The translations under genes were made by a program, and so were the position numbers. Shown here piece by piece: positions 1-11,657 of a stretch of 64,000 nucleotides of DNA. How positions within the stretch are numbered: the first letter of the stretch is position 1; every line of letters begins with the position of its first letter. The stretch is taken from contig OZ024751.1 of assembly GCA_964016885.1 (NCBI GenBank), positions 4,526,001-4,590,000 on the forward strand. The letters run 5' to 3'. The notes beneath the pieces were generated by a model that did not search any database, had not been told where the DNA came from, and saw only the letters and a program-made list of their open reading frames with translations. The stretch comes from Eledone cirrhosa (taxonomy: Eukaryota).

Positions 1-144
1 CGCATGCGCCACATCCGGGTGTCTGTGTGTGTTTGTGTTCATTTATCTATTTGTTTATTTATTTATTTATTTATTGTTGGTTGGTTGTTTGTTCTATGTG
101 TGTGTGTGTTTTTATTTTGTCCTGTGTGTGTTTTCATTTTGTCC

Positions 145-879
145 TTAATTGTAAGTTGTGATGTTGCTGTTCCACTCATATTTTCTATTTAATTTTGGTT
201 GTAATTCTTTTATGCTTACTGCCTCTGTAATTTGCCTAAACATTGCATCTTTTCTGTGTGTGGATTTTATTTTTATTTCTATGTTCTCTAATCTACCCCT
301 GTGTTCTATCTTAGCATGTTGGTAGAGCACAGATGATTCTTTATTATCTTGAAGGTCTCGCCAGTGTTCATTTATTCGTTCCCCTATACTACGAGCTGTC
401 TCACCCATGTACACTATATTTTTGTTTCTACATTGTCCTTCAGTACATCTTATGCTATACACTACATTTCTAGTTTTACAGTTAATATGGGGGCTTATTT
501 TACAGGTTATACATTTCTTATCTATACATGAGGGTCTTTGGAACGGGTATGTCTTGCTAATAAGTGTTTTTACGGAGGTACCTGGTCTTTCTACTATCTT
601 AATATTGAGTTTATGTTTATTTAGGGCCCTTCTAAATTTGTAGGCTAGTTCGCCTCTAGGGGTTGTATTGATGAACATTACACTCTGGTATTTATTGCTA
701 TCATACCATGAGTTTATTCTATTGGCCTTGTTCCTAGTTCTTTCTATTCTATTCCAAAGTTTGCTCCTATACAAGGGGCAGGTCCCATTTATGTCATTAT
801 TTATCATTTTTTCCCATTTGATTCTGGCTCTTCTATACACTCTGATTCTATCTCTCTGATTGTAGCCAGAGAACTGCAT
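145..879 (-). pseudogene. PLE-1 C-terminal linker, Cys motif and GIY-YIG endonuclease
   Basis: CIDKKCITC..NCKTRNVVYSIRC..YMGETARSIGERINEH..RQITEAVSIKELQPKLN; separated from the upstream 895-1235 part by a stop codon. Confidence 0.9.
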
Positions 880-1453
880 ACGGTGGATGAAGTGTTATAT
901 GTGTCTCTCTAGTTCTTCGGGGTTGCACATGCGGGACACATTTCTCATCACCCGTACCAAATCCGCAATCAGTATGTTGATTTTGGTATGGTCCGAAATG
1001 GCCGAGTTTCGGTGGATCAGATGTTTGGAAGTCATGGGTTTGGCATAATGGGAATGGAGGATTTGTTTTTGGTTGTTAATGGTATCTAACCAGAGCTCTG
1101 TGTCTAGTACAGGTAATCGATGGTTGGGGTGTCTACTTGGGTAGTCTATAGTAACTCTAATGCTCTGGTGGATGGAGTTTGTTATTTGCTGGATGCTTTC
1201 CATTGTGTTTTTCTCTAGTTCCTGACTGTTCTTTAACAACAACACACACATCAACAACAACAACACACACATCAATAACAACAACACACACATCAACAAC
1301 AACAACAATAGCAACATACCCAGATACAACAACAACAGACACGCAGACACAAACAACAATAACAACACACACAACAACGATAACACACACGGAGACAACA
1401 ACAACACACATCAACAACAGCACACATCAACAACAACAACACACACGCATTCA

Positions 1454-3099
1454 ATGCCTCTCACCACCACCACAATCTTAACAAACACACAGACACAGAA
1501 AACAAGTAATGACAGTAGCACAGAAATCAGAGAAATAAGGGAAAGTAATAGGATTAAAAGGAAAAGGAGATGGGAGACTAAGGACAAAGAGAATAACCAA
1601 GACGAACACACAGACACACAAAATAGGGTAGATAACAACATTGAGCCAGTGGAAAGAGACAGGAGTAATTATGAGAGACATAGAAACAACCATGAGGCTG
1701 TTGGTGGAAATAGAAATAGAAACAACACAACTAACAATAACAATAGCACTAGTACACATAAAGCAGCAGCCTGGAACTCTCCGTTTTATAATCCCTCCGA
1801 TAAATCATTCGACCTGCGACGAGTCCACGCCACGACTTTGCCATTTAACAAACGCACGCAGTTGCCGTCGCAGGTCGATGAACAAACAGAAGCACAATTT
1901 AGTATAGCTAAATCCGAACTTAGAAATATTATAGAACAGTATAGCAAGAAGCATAATAGAATAGAGGCCCAGCAACTGGGAGAAAAATCTGCAAATGGCT
2001 TGCGTAAGCTCATGCAGTGCTCGCGTAATGGAGAGATAGCATGCTTTCCAACAGACAAGTCTGGCAGAATGTCGGTTGACAGCCTGCCAAACTACATCCA
2101 TGCAAAGCAACCCCACATCACTAACACAAGAGAGGTAACACCACAGGAGCATGAGGATAGAGAAAAAGCCCTCAATGCCCATATGGTGATGTGGACGAAT
2201 ATAATGCAGCCCAACAAAAGGACTGCCAACAACTTCCAGGCCTGGAACAATGACGTGCCGGCGTTGTATGGGCTTCAAAAAGACCATAAAACGGGCTGTG
2301 ACCCTGTCGCGGGACCACCAACATGGCCAGTCTGTGGAGCTAACATTGCTAGTAACTACAGACTGTCCTACTTCCTCTCCCTGATCATACGCCCCCTCAT
2401 TGAGATGTCCCCAGATGTATGTGACAGCACGGAGGACCTCCTCAGCAGAATCGGCGCGAGTAACCGATCTGGGGACCTAACAAACTGCATAATAGGCAGT
2501 ATGGATGTTGTGTCCCTGTATCCATCTATTGACGTGGATTTTGCTGTGGAGAAATGCGTAGAAATGATCAGCGAGAGCAAGGTTGAGTTCCGTGGGATTG
2601 ATACCAGTGAGCTGGGACTTCTACTTAAGCTTACCCATAGTAATAGTTACCTAGACACTTATGACCTTAGCAACCTGTGCCCTACAAGACCAGCAAGAAG
2701 CAGGCCACCTACCATTACCTCAATGGCCAAGAAAACCCACACAGATAGATGGAACGGGTGGACCAGAGCCATACGGACACCCGAAAACCACGATGAACTG
2801 AAGAAAATCATTGCACATGCGGTAGGGGCCAGCATAAAATTAACCCTTAAGGAACATATGTTCAAATTTAATGGTAAAACATATGCCCAAGAGGAAGGAG
2901 CAGCCATTGGTGTTAGCATTGCAGGCGACATAGCTAACTTATTCATGGTATGGTGGGACAGTAGACTTAAACAAAAACTTAAAGAACAATTAGAAGACAG
3001 CTTAACCCTGATAATGTACTCCCGCTACGTAGATAATATAAACATCGTAGTTAAGACACCCCCACTAAAGAACAGTCAGGAACTAGAGAAAAACACAAT
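1454..3099 (+). pseudogene. PLE-1 reverse transcriptase (catalytic YVDD mutated to YVDN)
   Basis: PTDKSGR, LYGLQKDHK, GSMDVVSLYPSI, YAQEEGAAIG, YSRYVDN are PLE RT motifs. Confidence 0.9.
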
Positions 3100-5134
3100 T
3101 CTCTTCTTGCCCCCACGCCATTTCTAATTCTTACTTTTATTATAAACCCAAACGTTCTAGTAGTACAAATTGTACCCATTAGCAGATATATTCCATTACT
3201 TATTTTTTAGTTTAGGTTCTTTTGTTTGCCAACATTATTGTTATCATCATTATTACCATTGGTTTTTGATGACTCTTTATTCTAGCTCTCATAATCATTT
3301 GGCTACTGTACCATATCTATGTTTTCACTATTACACCTTGTTAATATATATAAGATTACACACTTTACGCCATTTACTTTATTTTATTATTATCTTTATT
3401 TTTATTTTTTATTATTAATTTTATTTTTAATTTTATTTTTAATTTTATTCAGATTCATCTTTGGATAACCCCCCTCCCCCCATGCGCACATAAACTTATT
3501 GTCAACCCCTCCAGATTGACTATGATTATATTTAACCCCCCCCCTCTTTTACGCTCCGTTCTATTATAGTATATCGACTATATTTTATGCCCCTTTGCAC
3601 CCTCCATATATTTCTTCAATTCTGTCTCCATTAGCCTACCTTAATTCTACTTAAGTCAGTTTTTTAGATATCGTTATGTATATGATAGTAAAAAATTTCA
3701 TTCCTTTTTGTAAACATTTGTAACGAAACGTTAAAGTTTATAAACTTTAATGACTTAAACTACAGCTAATATTATACTACCTTATTGGATAGTTTTAATA
3801 TTTTTAATATTAATTTATCAAATAGGGTTTTGAGTCAATTAAAGTGATTGTTTTCCTTAGTTTTTACCTAACTACTTAACCGCATGTGAGACCTAAATGT
3901 GTATATATTTGTTTTTGTTTTGTAATTTCCGGTTGATTATATTTATTTATTTTATTTTATTCTATATTTTATATTCTATTTACTATTCACTGTCTGGCTT
4001 TACTTACACATCCACATATGTCTGTCTACTAACCTTGTAATTATAGGTATTTATATATTATTTTATGTCAATTTATTTTATATAATATATTATATTATAT
4101 TGTATTGTAATATTGATCCTTATTACTTACTGTTCATTATATGTAACATTATGATATTTAAACTTTATATATCATGTAAGATGTCTGTATTTTTGTAATA
4201 TTGTAATATTGATCCTTATTACTTACTGTTCATTATATGTAACATTATGATATTTAGACTTTACATATCATGTAAGATGTCTGTATATTTTTTTCTGTAC
4301 CATCATAATTTTTTCTGTACCATCATAGTGTTTTTTGAGTATTGTATAATTTATTTTTCCTCATTTACTCTGTAACCCAGTATGAATCGATTTGTATATA
4401 TTGTTTATTGTAAATGTTAGTACATTGTTAACATATTATCATTATATTATTATTGTGACATCTATATTGTTTGTGTAAATTAACCGGGGATTATATTGAA
4501 TTATATAATTTTATTGTTTATTATTTATTATATGTGTCTCTTGTAATTATATCATATTATTGCCTCATGTATATTGGGTAGTTGTATTGGTATTATTATT
4601 ATTTTCACTCTTATCATGCTTATTTTTATATTCAAACTTCTAATAAGGCTTAATTTGTGTAGTTGAACATAGATGTGCGTATTGTTGTATGTGTGTGTGT
4701 GTGCGCACATATATACATGTATATATTGTACCTTTTGATTTTTGATTTTTAATTGTAATTTTAGTGTTGGTAAAGGTATATTATAATGTATTATGTTATA
4801 TTACATTGTGTTATATATAATTCCTGCTCTATATAACCACATTTGTTTAGCTTTAGGTTAGTTGCTTTGGACTATATTTGTAATATGGTTCTTAATGTTA
4901 TATACATCCTTAGTTATTCTTATTATATATTTTTATTATTTTTATTTTTATTTTTATTATATATTTTTGCAAGACTTTAGTGTATGTACACTCCATATTC
5001 TTCGGAGCTTCCGGCTTGTATCTGCCGATATTACTTCTTGTTGTTTTGATTGCCCTGATGAGTCCTTAATAGGACGAAACATTGTCGGCTAATAAAAACT
5101 TTTGATGTATTAAAGGATTCTTTGTTTTACTCTC

Positions 5135-5138
<4 letters not shown>
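3100..5138 (+). mobile_element. Long AT-rich 3' UTR/pLTR fragment of another PLE family, ending in HHR + AATAAA
   Basis: No ORF; HHR at 5052-5089, AATAAA at 5091, then runs into (TA)n; internal ~88-bp direct repeat 4103-4190/4199-4286. Confidence 0.55.
5052..5089 (+). ncRNA. Type I hammerhead ribozyme
   Basis: gcc CTGATGA gtcct-taat-aggac GAAA cattg TC ggc. Confidence 0.9.
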
Positions 5139-5177
<39 letters not shown>

Positions 5178-5180
5178 ATA

Positions 5181-5221
<41 letters not shown>

Positions 5222-5416
5222 GTGTATGTATATATATATATATAGATATAGATAGGTAAATATACACGGGTGTGTATTATTGTGTATAGAAGATTATATT
5301 AATAAGAGGAATTCCAACTTTGTCTGATTTACTCGTTTTATTTACAATCCTTTAAAATATATATAATGGTATTATAATGAAATAGTATGATAGAATATTA
5401 AATTCTAAGTGTTAAT

Positions 5417-5455
5417 TGAACAAGTACTTTCATGCTTTCGCAATCTTCAGGTTCA
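5417..5455 (-). ncRNA. Minimal type I hammerhead ribozyme in 3' pLTR of PLE-2
   Basis: tgaac CTGAAGA t-tgc-gaaa-gca-t GAAA gtac TT gttca (palindromic loop 3). Confidence 0.85.
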
Positions 5456-5580
5456 TGATATGTGGTGACAGTCGAGTTTGCAATTTTCAACTGTAATGAG
5501 ATGGGTAAATTTCCTACCTTTTATACATTTTATACAGAGAAAAGTGACTCCAGAATGCAAAGCCCTGTAAACTGTATTTC

Positions 5581-5666
5581 GACCAATCAGTGTGTAGTTT
5601 CACTGAATTACTACAGCTGATTGGTTTAAGCGTCGCGGCTGGTTGAGCACGCTAACGACCAATAGT
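5581..5666. promoter_or_regulatory. Three CCAAT boxes in PLE-2 3' UTR (putative pLTR promoter)
   Basis: gaCCAATcag 5581, ctgATTGGtt 5617, gaCCAATag 5657; spacing ~37-39 bp. Confidence 0.45.
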
Positions 5667-5833
5667 CATATCCAACGTATCAATTGTTTTGCTTTTTTGA
5701 AATGATGAAAATAGCATTTTCTATTAATCATCACCATCAACATCACTTTTATTATTATTATTATTGTTGTTGTTGTTGTTGTTGTTAGTGATCGTGGTCA
5801 TAGTGGTAGTAGAAGTAATACCCCTAGGCGTTA

Positions 5834-7744
5834 TTATTGTTCATTTAGCTTGGGTTTGAATTTATCAATAAAATTCTTTTCTTTGATTTTTCTCTTGATT
5901 TCACTTGGGCTGTGTAATTTGTAGAATGGGAATATTATAAATATTCCCTGACCACATGTTGCCAGGTGGCCGCTTAGGGGTATCTGACGGACATTTGGGT
6001 CTCTGATTTGTTGACGGTGTACCCGTGCACGTTCCGATAGTGCATTTCCAGTTTGACCGACATATAGTTCTTCACAATTCGGGCATTTAATGCAGTAAAT
6101 TAGATTTCTGCTTTTGCAGTTCATATTTGCATTTGGGAATATTTTTCCAGTTTTTGTTTTCATATATTGACCGGCGTGTATGGATTGACATGTGCCGCAT
6201 CGATTATCATTGCATTTAGATACAGTGAATGATTGGTCTTTGTTGTTAAGGTCAAACTTTGCTTTTGTTAGCAATTGCTTCAAATTTTTTGGCTGTCTTT
6301 TACTAAGAGTCAAAGATCGATCTGTGATTAAGCCTTTTAATTCATTACTTTGAGCAATGATCGGTAGGTTTGCTTTGGCAGTGTTGAATATATTCTGGTG
6401 ACATGGGTTGTGTGTCATTATAAATGGTATGACCAGTTCTTGGTTTCTTCTTCCTTGGGTTGTTCTAAGTTGTTGTATAGGTATTTTTATAGCCCGCTGT
6501 ATGCCATTTTCTATAAGTAGAGATGGGTATTTTTGTTTGAGCAAAAATTCTCTTAGTTCTGTTAGGCGTTTGTACCTGGTATTCGTATCTTCTACAATGG
6601 TACAAATTCTTCTGGCTAGGCAGTATGGGATGTTGCGTTTTGTATGAGGTGGATGGCACGACTTAAAATTCAGATATTGATGGGTGTCTGTGTGTTTATA
6701 ATATATATCCGTGGTAATGGTGGTGTCGTTTTTGATTATCATTATATCTAGGAATGGTAATTTGGTCCTACTCATCTCTTTTGTGAATTGGAGAGATGGG
6801 TGTAGGTTATTCAGGAGGATATTGAACTCATCCATAGTATATAGAGATTCTGTCCAGATGATGAAACAGTCGTCAAGGTATCTCTTCCAAGATTTTTCAA
6901 TGTACTTTCTAAAGTCAGTACTATATTTTTCCTCTATTTCTTGGTAGAGTTGTTGTTCTATGTATCCCATTACAGAGTTCGCGTAAACGGGAGAAAACTT
7001 CGTTCCCATCGCTGTGCCTCTAATTTGGATGTAATTCTTTCCATTGAAGAAGAAAGTGTTGTTTTCCAGAATAAGTTTAACTGCGTCTAATATAAATGGC
7101 GCTGTGAATCTAATGGGAATCACTTCTCTATGTTTTTCCACCCAGTATTTAACCGCCTTTATTCCTAAATCATGTGTAATGTTGGTGTAAAGGCTTACCA
7201 CATCAAAACTGAGTAGAAGTGAATTCGTTTCCGTGGTTTTGGGAAGATGGGACAGGAAGTCGATATCATCCCGGATGAAACTGGGTATGTGAATACATAG
7301 TGGTTTCAAAATAATGTCAACAAAATTGCTTAGACGGTGAGTGGGGCATGTTGGACCAGCTATAATAGGTCTAAGTTTTAAGTCTTTTGGGTGTAATAAT
7401 TTAATGTACTCACTGTTTTGTTCTCTTACTGCCAGTTGTATTTCTTTTGACTTGTGAACTTTCGGTAGGCCATACAGGTTGCTGGGTTTCGGCTCAAAAT
7501 TGGTGATGTAGTCTCTTTCCTTATCAGTAAATGAGTTGTGGTATTTTGAAGCCAGGTTGTTGATCTTCTTCATGATGTTGTGGTCTATATTTGACGGTAT
7601 TTCATGATAGAATGTTGTGTCTTTCAGTTGTTCCTCAACCAAATCCTTGTAGTATTCAGTATCCATTATAACAACTGCACCCCCTTTATCTGCTTGTTTA
7701 ATTATTATTGTTTTATCATTTTGTATACGTTTAAGTGCAGACAT
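5834..7744 (-). CDS. PLE-2 RT + GIY-YIG endonuclease (uninterrupted 636-aa part)
   Basis: IKQADKGGAVV, LYGLPKVHK, SFDVVSLYTNI, GTAMGT, WKRYLDD, FLD, YYKHTDT, CNDNRCGTC, LIYCIKC..YVGQTG. Confidence 0.93.
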   Translation of the reverse strand: MSALKRIQNDKTIIIKQADKGGAVVIMDTEYYKDLVEEQLKDTTFYHEIPSNIDHNIMKKINNLASKYHNSFTDKERDYITNFEPKPSNLYGLPKVHKSKEIQLAVREQNSEYIKLLHPKDLKLRPIIAGPTCPTHRLSNFVDIILKPLCIHIPSFIRDDIDFLSHLPKTTETNSLLLSFDVVSLYTNITHDLGIKAVKYWVEKHREVIPIRFTAPFILDAVKLILENNTFFFNGKNYIQIRGTAMGTKFSPVYANSVMGYIEQQLYQEIEEKYSTDFRKYIEKSWKRYLDDCFIIWTESLYTMDEFNILLNNLHPSLQFTKEMSRTKLPFLDIMIIKNDTTITTDIYYKHTDTHQYLNFKSCHPPHTKRNIPYCLARRICTIVEDTNTRYKRLTELREFLLKQKYPSLLIENGIQRAIKIPIQQLRTTQGRRNQELVIPFIMTHNPCHQNIFNTAKANLPIIAQSNELKGLITDRSLTLSKRQPKNLKQLLTKAKFDLNNKDQSFTVSKCNDNRCGTCQSIHAGQYMKTKTGKIFPNANMNCKSRNLIYCIKCPNCEELYVGQTGNALSERARVHRQQIRDPNVRQIPLSGHLATCGQGIFIIFPFYKLHSPSEIKRKIKEKNFIDKFKPKLNEQ

Positions 7745-9415
7745 TTCTGATTTGTTAATGTTTGGCCTAACATTAGTATTATGTCTAAGAGGAAATTTAG
7801 ACAGGATGTCAATGTATTGGTCGAGATAAATATTTCTTCCTTTTGGCGGGTGAAATTTGATTTATTCTTTACTAGTGATTCATCACTCTCATTATTTTTA
7901 TCAGCGAAGAATTCTACAAGACGTAATTTTCGACAGAATTCTTGGGTATCCTCCTTCAGTTCTTGGTGGTTGACTGTTGGAGTCGGTGTGAATTTCAGTC
8001 CTTTTGACAGAATTTGCATTTCATCATTGTCAAGATCTCTTTTAGATAAATTAATTATTTTAGGATCTACGTGTACAGCTGTTTTGGGTATGTTTCCTCC
8101 TGGAGTTTTTCTTTTTCCGGTTTTTGTTGTCCTGACGTTAAAAAATGAATTTTTCTCTGTTCAGGATTTATATTCCTGTTGGTGTTCGCTTGATGAACTT
8201 TTGGTCGTGATATTATATTTGGTTTCGTTATGTATTTTGTCCTATTTTTGGTATTCTGTATATTATTTTTCTTCCTGTTAGCATTATTTTTAACAATCTG
8301 GGAAAATGACCTAGGTTTGCTTTCAGGTTTAGATCGTTTTTTCGTCCAGTTTCTTGTGGGCAATCTCTGTTGAGATCTTGAGAGTGATCTGGTTATTCTA
8401 CGTTTTGTTTCCACATTACTTGTTGGTAGTCTCTGTTGAGATCTTGAGAATGATCTCCTGGTTTTACTACTTCTCATGGTCTGGTCAAAGGAATACCTAT
8501 CGTGTTTGTGCTTTTTGTTCATGTTGTGCGCGATAGGGTGTTTTTGTAGAAAAAGCGAAGAGTTATTACCGTAGTTCGTCTTTGATTCAAGGTAAGGTGA
8601 GTGTTTGTGTTGGCACGTGTTCTGGCGTATGTTGTGTTGATGAGATTGTCCACTTTTAATGCTTTTTCTCAGGGTTCCAGAGTCTTTACCGTAATTTGCA
8701 GCATATTCATCGAGAAATAATTGTTTCTGCTGCCATACCTTTCTTGATTTGTTTTCTTCTTTTGAGATATCTCCGATCCATAGTTCTCGTAGTTTTTCAT
8801 CTATAATACCAGTCGTTAGCTTTGAAATTTCAACTTCAATTTGGTCATCAATAGCTTCATATTTGGCTTTGTAGCGGGATTATTTACATTCAGAAATGGA
8901 GATGTCGGTCCTGAATTTTGTCAATGTAAGTTCCCATCGGAGTTTTGTTTCTTCTTCTGGTTCTCCTGCAATTTCTGTAATTAGGTATTTACGAGGGAGT
9001 ATGGGTGCCGTTAGAGAGAGCCATTTCGAATGTGTTTCGACATATTTTTCGCATCTGTATGCTTTCCAGAAATTTTGTTTTCTTATGTTAAGGAATTTTT
9101 TCCATGTCTTCCACATTTCTTTTCTTATTCGATGGGTTTTGTTTTCCAAATTTCTTTGTTTATTTCTGACATCCAAGGGGGTTGTGGTAGGCTTTCTCTT
9201 GTATCTTTGATAACTGTTGGTATAATTTCATCTAAATTCTTAATTTCAGAGTTTATATGTTCAGTTATAAGTTTTCCGTCTGTAGATTGTTTTTCTATTT
9301 CCTTTAAAATAGAGGATTGTGTGTCCATCATCGTGATAAGTGTTGATAATTTCGATGATATCTCCTTTAGAATTCTTTCTGATTCTGTTGGTTTCATTTG
9401 TTGCTTTCCAGACAT
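7705..9415 (-). pseudogene. Frameshifted N-terminal part of PLE-2 ORF
   Basis: Overlapping minus-strand fragments 9415-9125, 9176-8880, 8522-8067, 8019-7705; LSKGLKFTPTP is the conserved PLE N-terminal motif. Confidence 0.75.
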
Positions 9416-9619
9416 GTTGGCATATACACAATAGGAATATATATATAGATATAGATAGGTAAATATACACGGGTGTGTATGATTGTGTATAGAAGATTAT
9501 ATTAATAAGAGGAATTCCAACTTTGTCTGATTTACTCGTTTTATTTACAATCCTTTAAAATATATATAATGGTATTATAATGAAATAGTATGATAGAATA
9601 TTAAATTCTAAGTGTTAAT

Positions 9620-9658
9620 TGAACAAGTACTTTCATGCTTTCGCAATCTTCAGGTTCA
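9620..9658 (-). ncRNA. Minimal type I hammerhead ribozyme in 5' pLTR of PLE-2
   Basis: Identical to 5417-5455. Confidence 0.85.
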
Positions 9659-9660
9659 TG

Positions 9661-9731
9661 ATATGTGGTGACAGTCGAGTTTGCAATTTTCAACTGTGTT
9701 GAAAATTGCAAACTCGACTGTCACCACATAT
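9661..9731. repeat. Perfect 34-bp inverted repeat (3-nt loop) at PLE-2 5' end
   Basis: 9661-9694 is the reverse complement of 9698-9731. Confidence 0.95.
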
Positions 9732-9913
9732 ATATATATACACACATATATATATATATACATATATACATATATATACATATATACATATATATATATA
9801 CACATACATATATATATATACACATACATATATATATACATATATATATACATACAAATATATATATATATACATATATATACATATATACATATATATA
9901 TATACGTATATAC

Positions 9914-9944
<31 letters not shown>

Positions 9945-9957
9945 CATATATATATAC

Positions 9958-9988
<31 letters not shown>

Positions 9989-10259
9989 CATATATATATA
10001 TATACATATATATATATACATATACATATATATATACATATATATATATACATATATATATATACATATATATATATATACATATATATATACATACATA
10101 TATATATATATATACATATATATACATATATACATATATATATATATACATATATATATATACATATATATATATACATATATATATATACATATATATA
10201 TATACATATATATACATATATATATACATATATATATACATATATACATATATATATAT

Positions 10260-10318
<59 letters not shown>

Positions 10319-10465
10319 CATATATATATGCATATATATATACATATATAGATACATATATACACACATATATACACACATATATACATATATATATACA
10401 TATATACACACATATATATATACATATATACATATATATATACATATATATACATATATATATAC
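9732..10465. repeat. (TA)n microsatellite with C interruptions; representative of about 40 such tracts in the window
   Basis: TATATACA-type units seen directly. Confidence 0.97.
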
Positions 10466-10539
10466 GCCAGGTGGTGCTATTAAGTTAGACATGGCCTGGG
10501 CCAATACTGGCCAAAACATTTCAAAGTTATTCAAAGTTA
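10466..10539 (+). mobile_element. Extreme 3' end of the CR1-group LINE
   Basis: Matches 13066-13139 (cgccaggtggtgctatt...ttcaaagttattcaaagtta). Confidence 0.9.
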
Positions 10540-10570
10540 CATATATATATATATACATATATATATATAC

Positions 10571-10603
<33 letters not shown>

Positions 10604-10687
10604 CATATATATATACATATATATATACATATATAGATACATATATACACACATATATACACACATATATACATATATATATACATA

Positions 10688-11301
10688 TATGGTGGCTGCC
10701 AACTCGTTTTCGAGTACGGCCACTACTTTATATCCATGTAGGAGAACCCCTACTGATGCGCTGAACGAGTGTGACTTTTTAGTCCAGCCAGCGACTTGAA
10801 AGCTCTGGTACAAACACTACACTTGTGACAATTATTGACACATAGTGCTGGGCCCATGGTACCATGTGACGACAAATGCAGAGAGATCTCCAGATATAAA
10901 GCAATGCCTGTGCCGTGAAGCTTTTATAGTGAGCAAAGGCACTGCACAAAGCCAGTCCCACTCTCTTAACCAAGATGATATTTACCAAAAAGAAGAACAA
11001 GTCAACATCATTGGATACCATCAGGGTTGCAGGTGTTATATCAGAGTTTTCCTTCTCCTAGAATTCTGCCTTGACAAAGGCTAAGGGGTCATCTCTCCCA
11101 GTGATTTTAGATGGCCATTGACTCTTAAGAGCTCCTTTGCCTTTTGACAGGTTTTGTTTTTAGTCCTGCAGGATGTCCAAAGTCACCCTCCTCACCAAGA
11201 AACCTTGGTGGGGTTGCCAGTTTAGTCGCCAACGACCCGACCATGGGACAGGTTGTACTGGAATACATGTTACCAGTAGCACCAACTGGTGACCTGACAT
11301 A
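10688..11301 (-). mobile_element. Non-autonomous bipartite RTE-derived element (5' UTR-like part + C2H2 finger remnant/3' end), longest copy
   Basis: Three copies in the window share the 3' end ...gagttggcagccaccata(TA)n; [17 protein letters not shown] remnant; ggagaaggaaaactctga motif like RTE 5' UTR/SINE body; no RT. Confidence 0.7.
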
Positions 11302-11424
11302 AATATATACATATATAGATACATATATAGATACATATATACACACATATATACACACATATATACATATATATATACATATATACGCACATATATATAT
11401 ACATATATACATATATATATATAC

Positions 11425-11455
<31 letters not shown>

Positions 11456-11657
11456 TATATATACATATACATATATATATATACATATATATATACATAT
11501 ATATATATATACATATATATATATACATATATATACATATATATATACATATATATATATATACATATATATATACATATATATACATATATATATACAT
11601 ATATATACATATATATATATACATATATATATACATATATATATATATACATATATA

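Larger units (their letters stand above)
1..3099. mobile_element. Penelope-like element PLE-1, rearranged: 3' half on minus (1235 to 1), 5' half inverted on plus (1236-3099)
   Basis: The RT ORF 1454-3127(+) ends in KNSQELEKNT and the same peptide restarts on minus at ~1235, continuing into thumb and GIY-YIG. A 34-bp inverted duplication sits at 1202-1235/3066-3099. Confidence 0.88.
5240..9731 (-). mobile_element. Near full-length Penelope-like element PLE-2 (Neptune-like) with pseudo-LTRs
   Basis: ~255-bp direct repeats ~5240-5494 and ~9443-9697, each with an HHR; frameshifted ORF 9415 to 5834; terminal hairpin 9661-9731; flanked by (TA)n. Confidence 0.93.

Noticed and set aside
1236-1500. 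Thr-rich mucin-like ORF
   Set aside because: (ACA/CA)-rich low-complexity N-terminal region of the PLE-1 inverted segment
11180-11300. Possible HDV-like ribozyme at the 5' end of the bipartite RTE element (gtcg-ttgg-cgac-taa-actgg on minus)
   Set aside because: P4/J4-2/P2-like parts are present, but I could not build consistent P1 and P3/L3; needs a descriptor search
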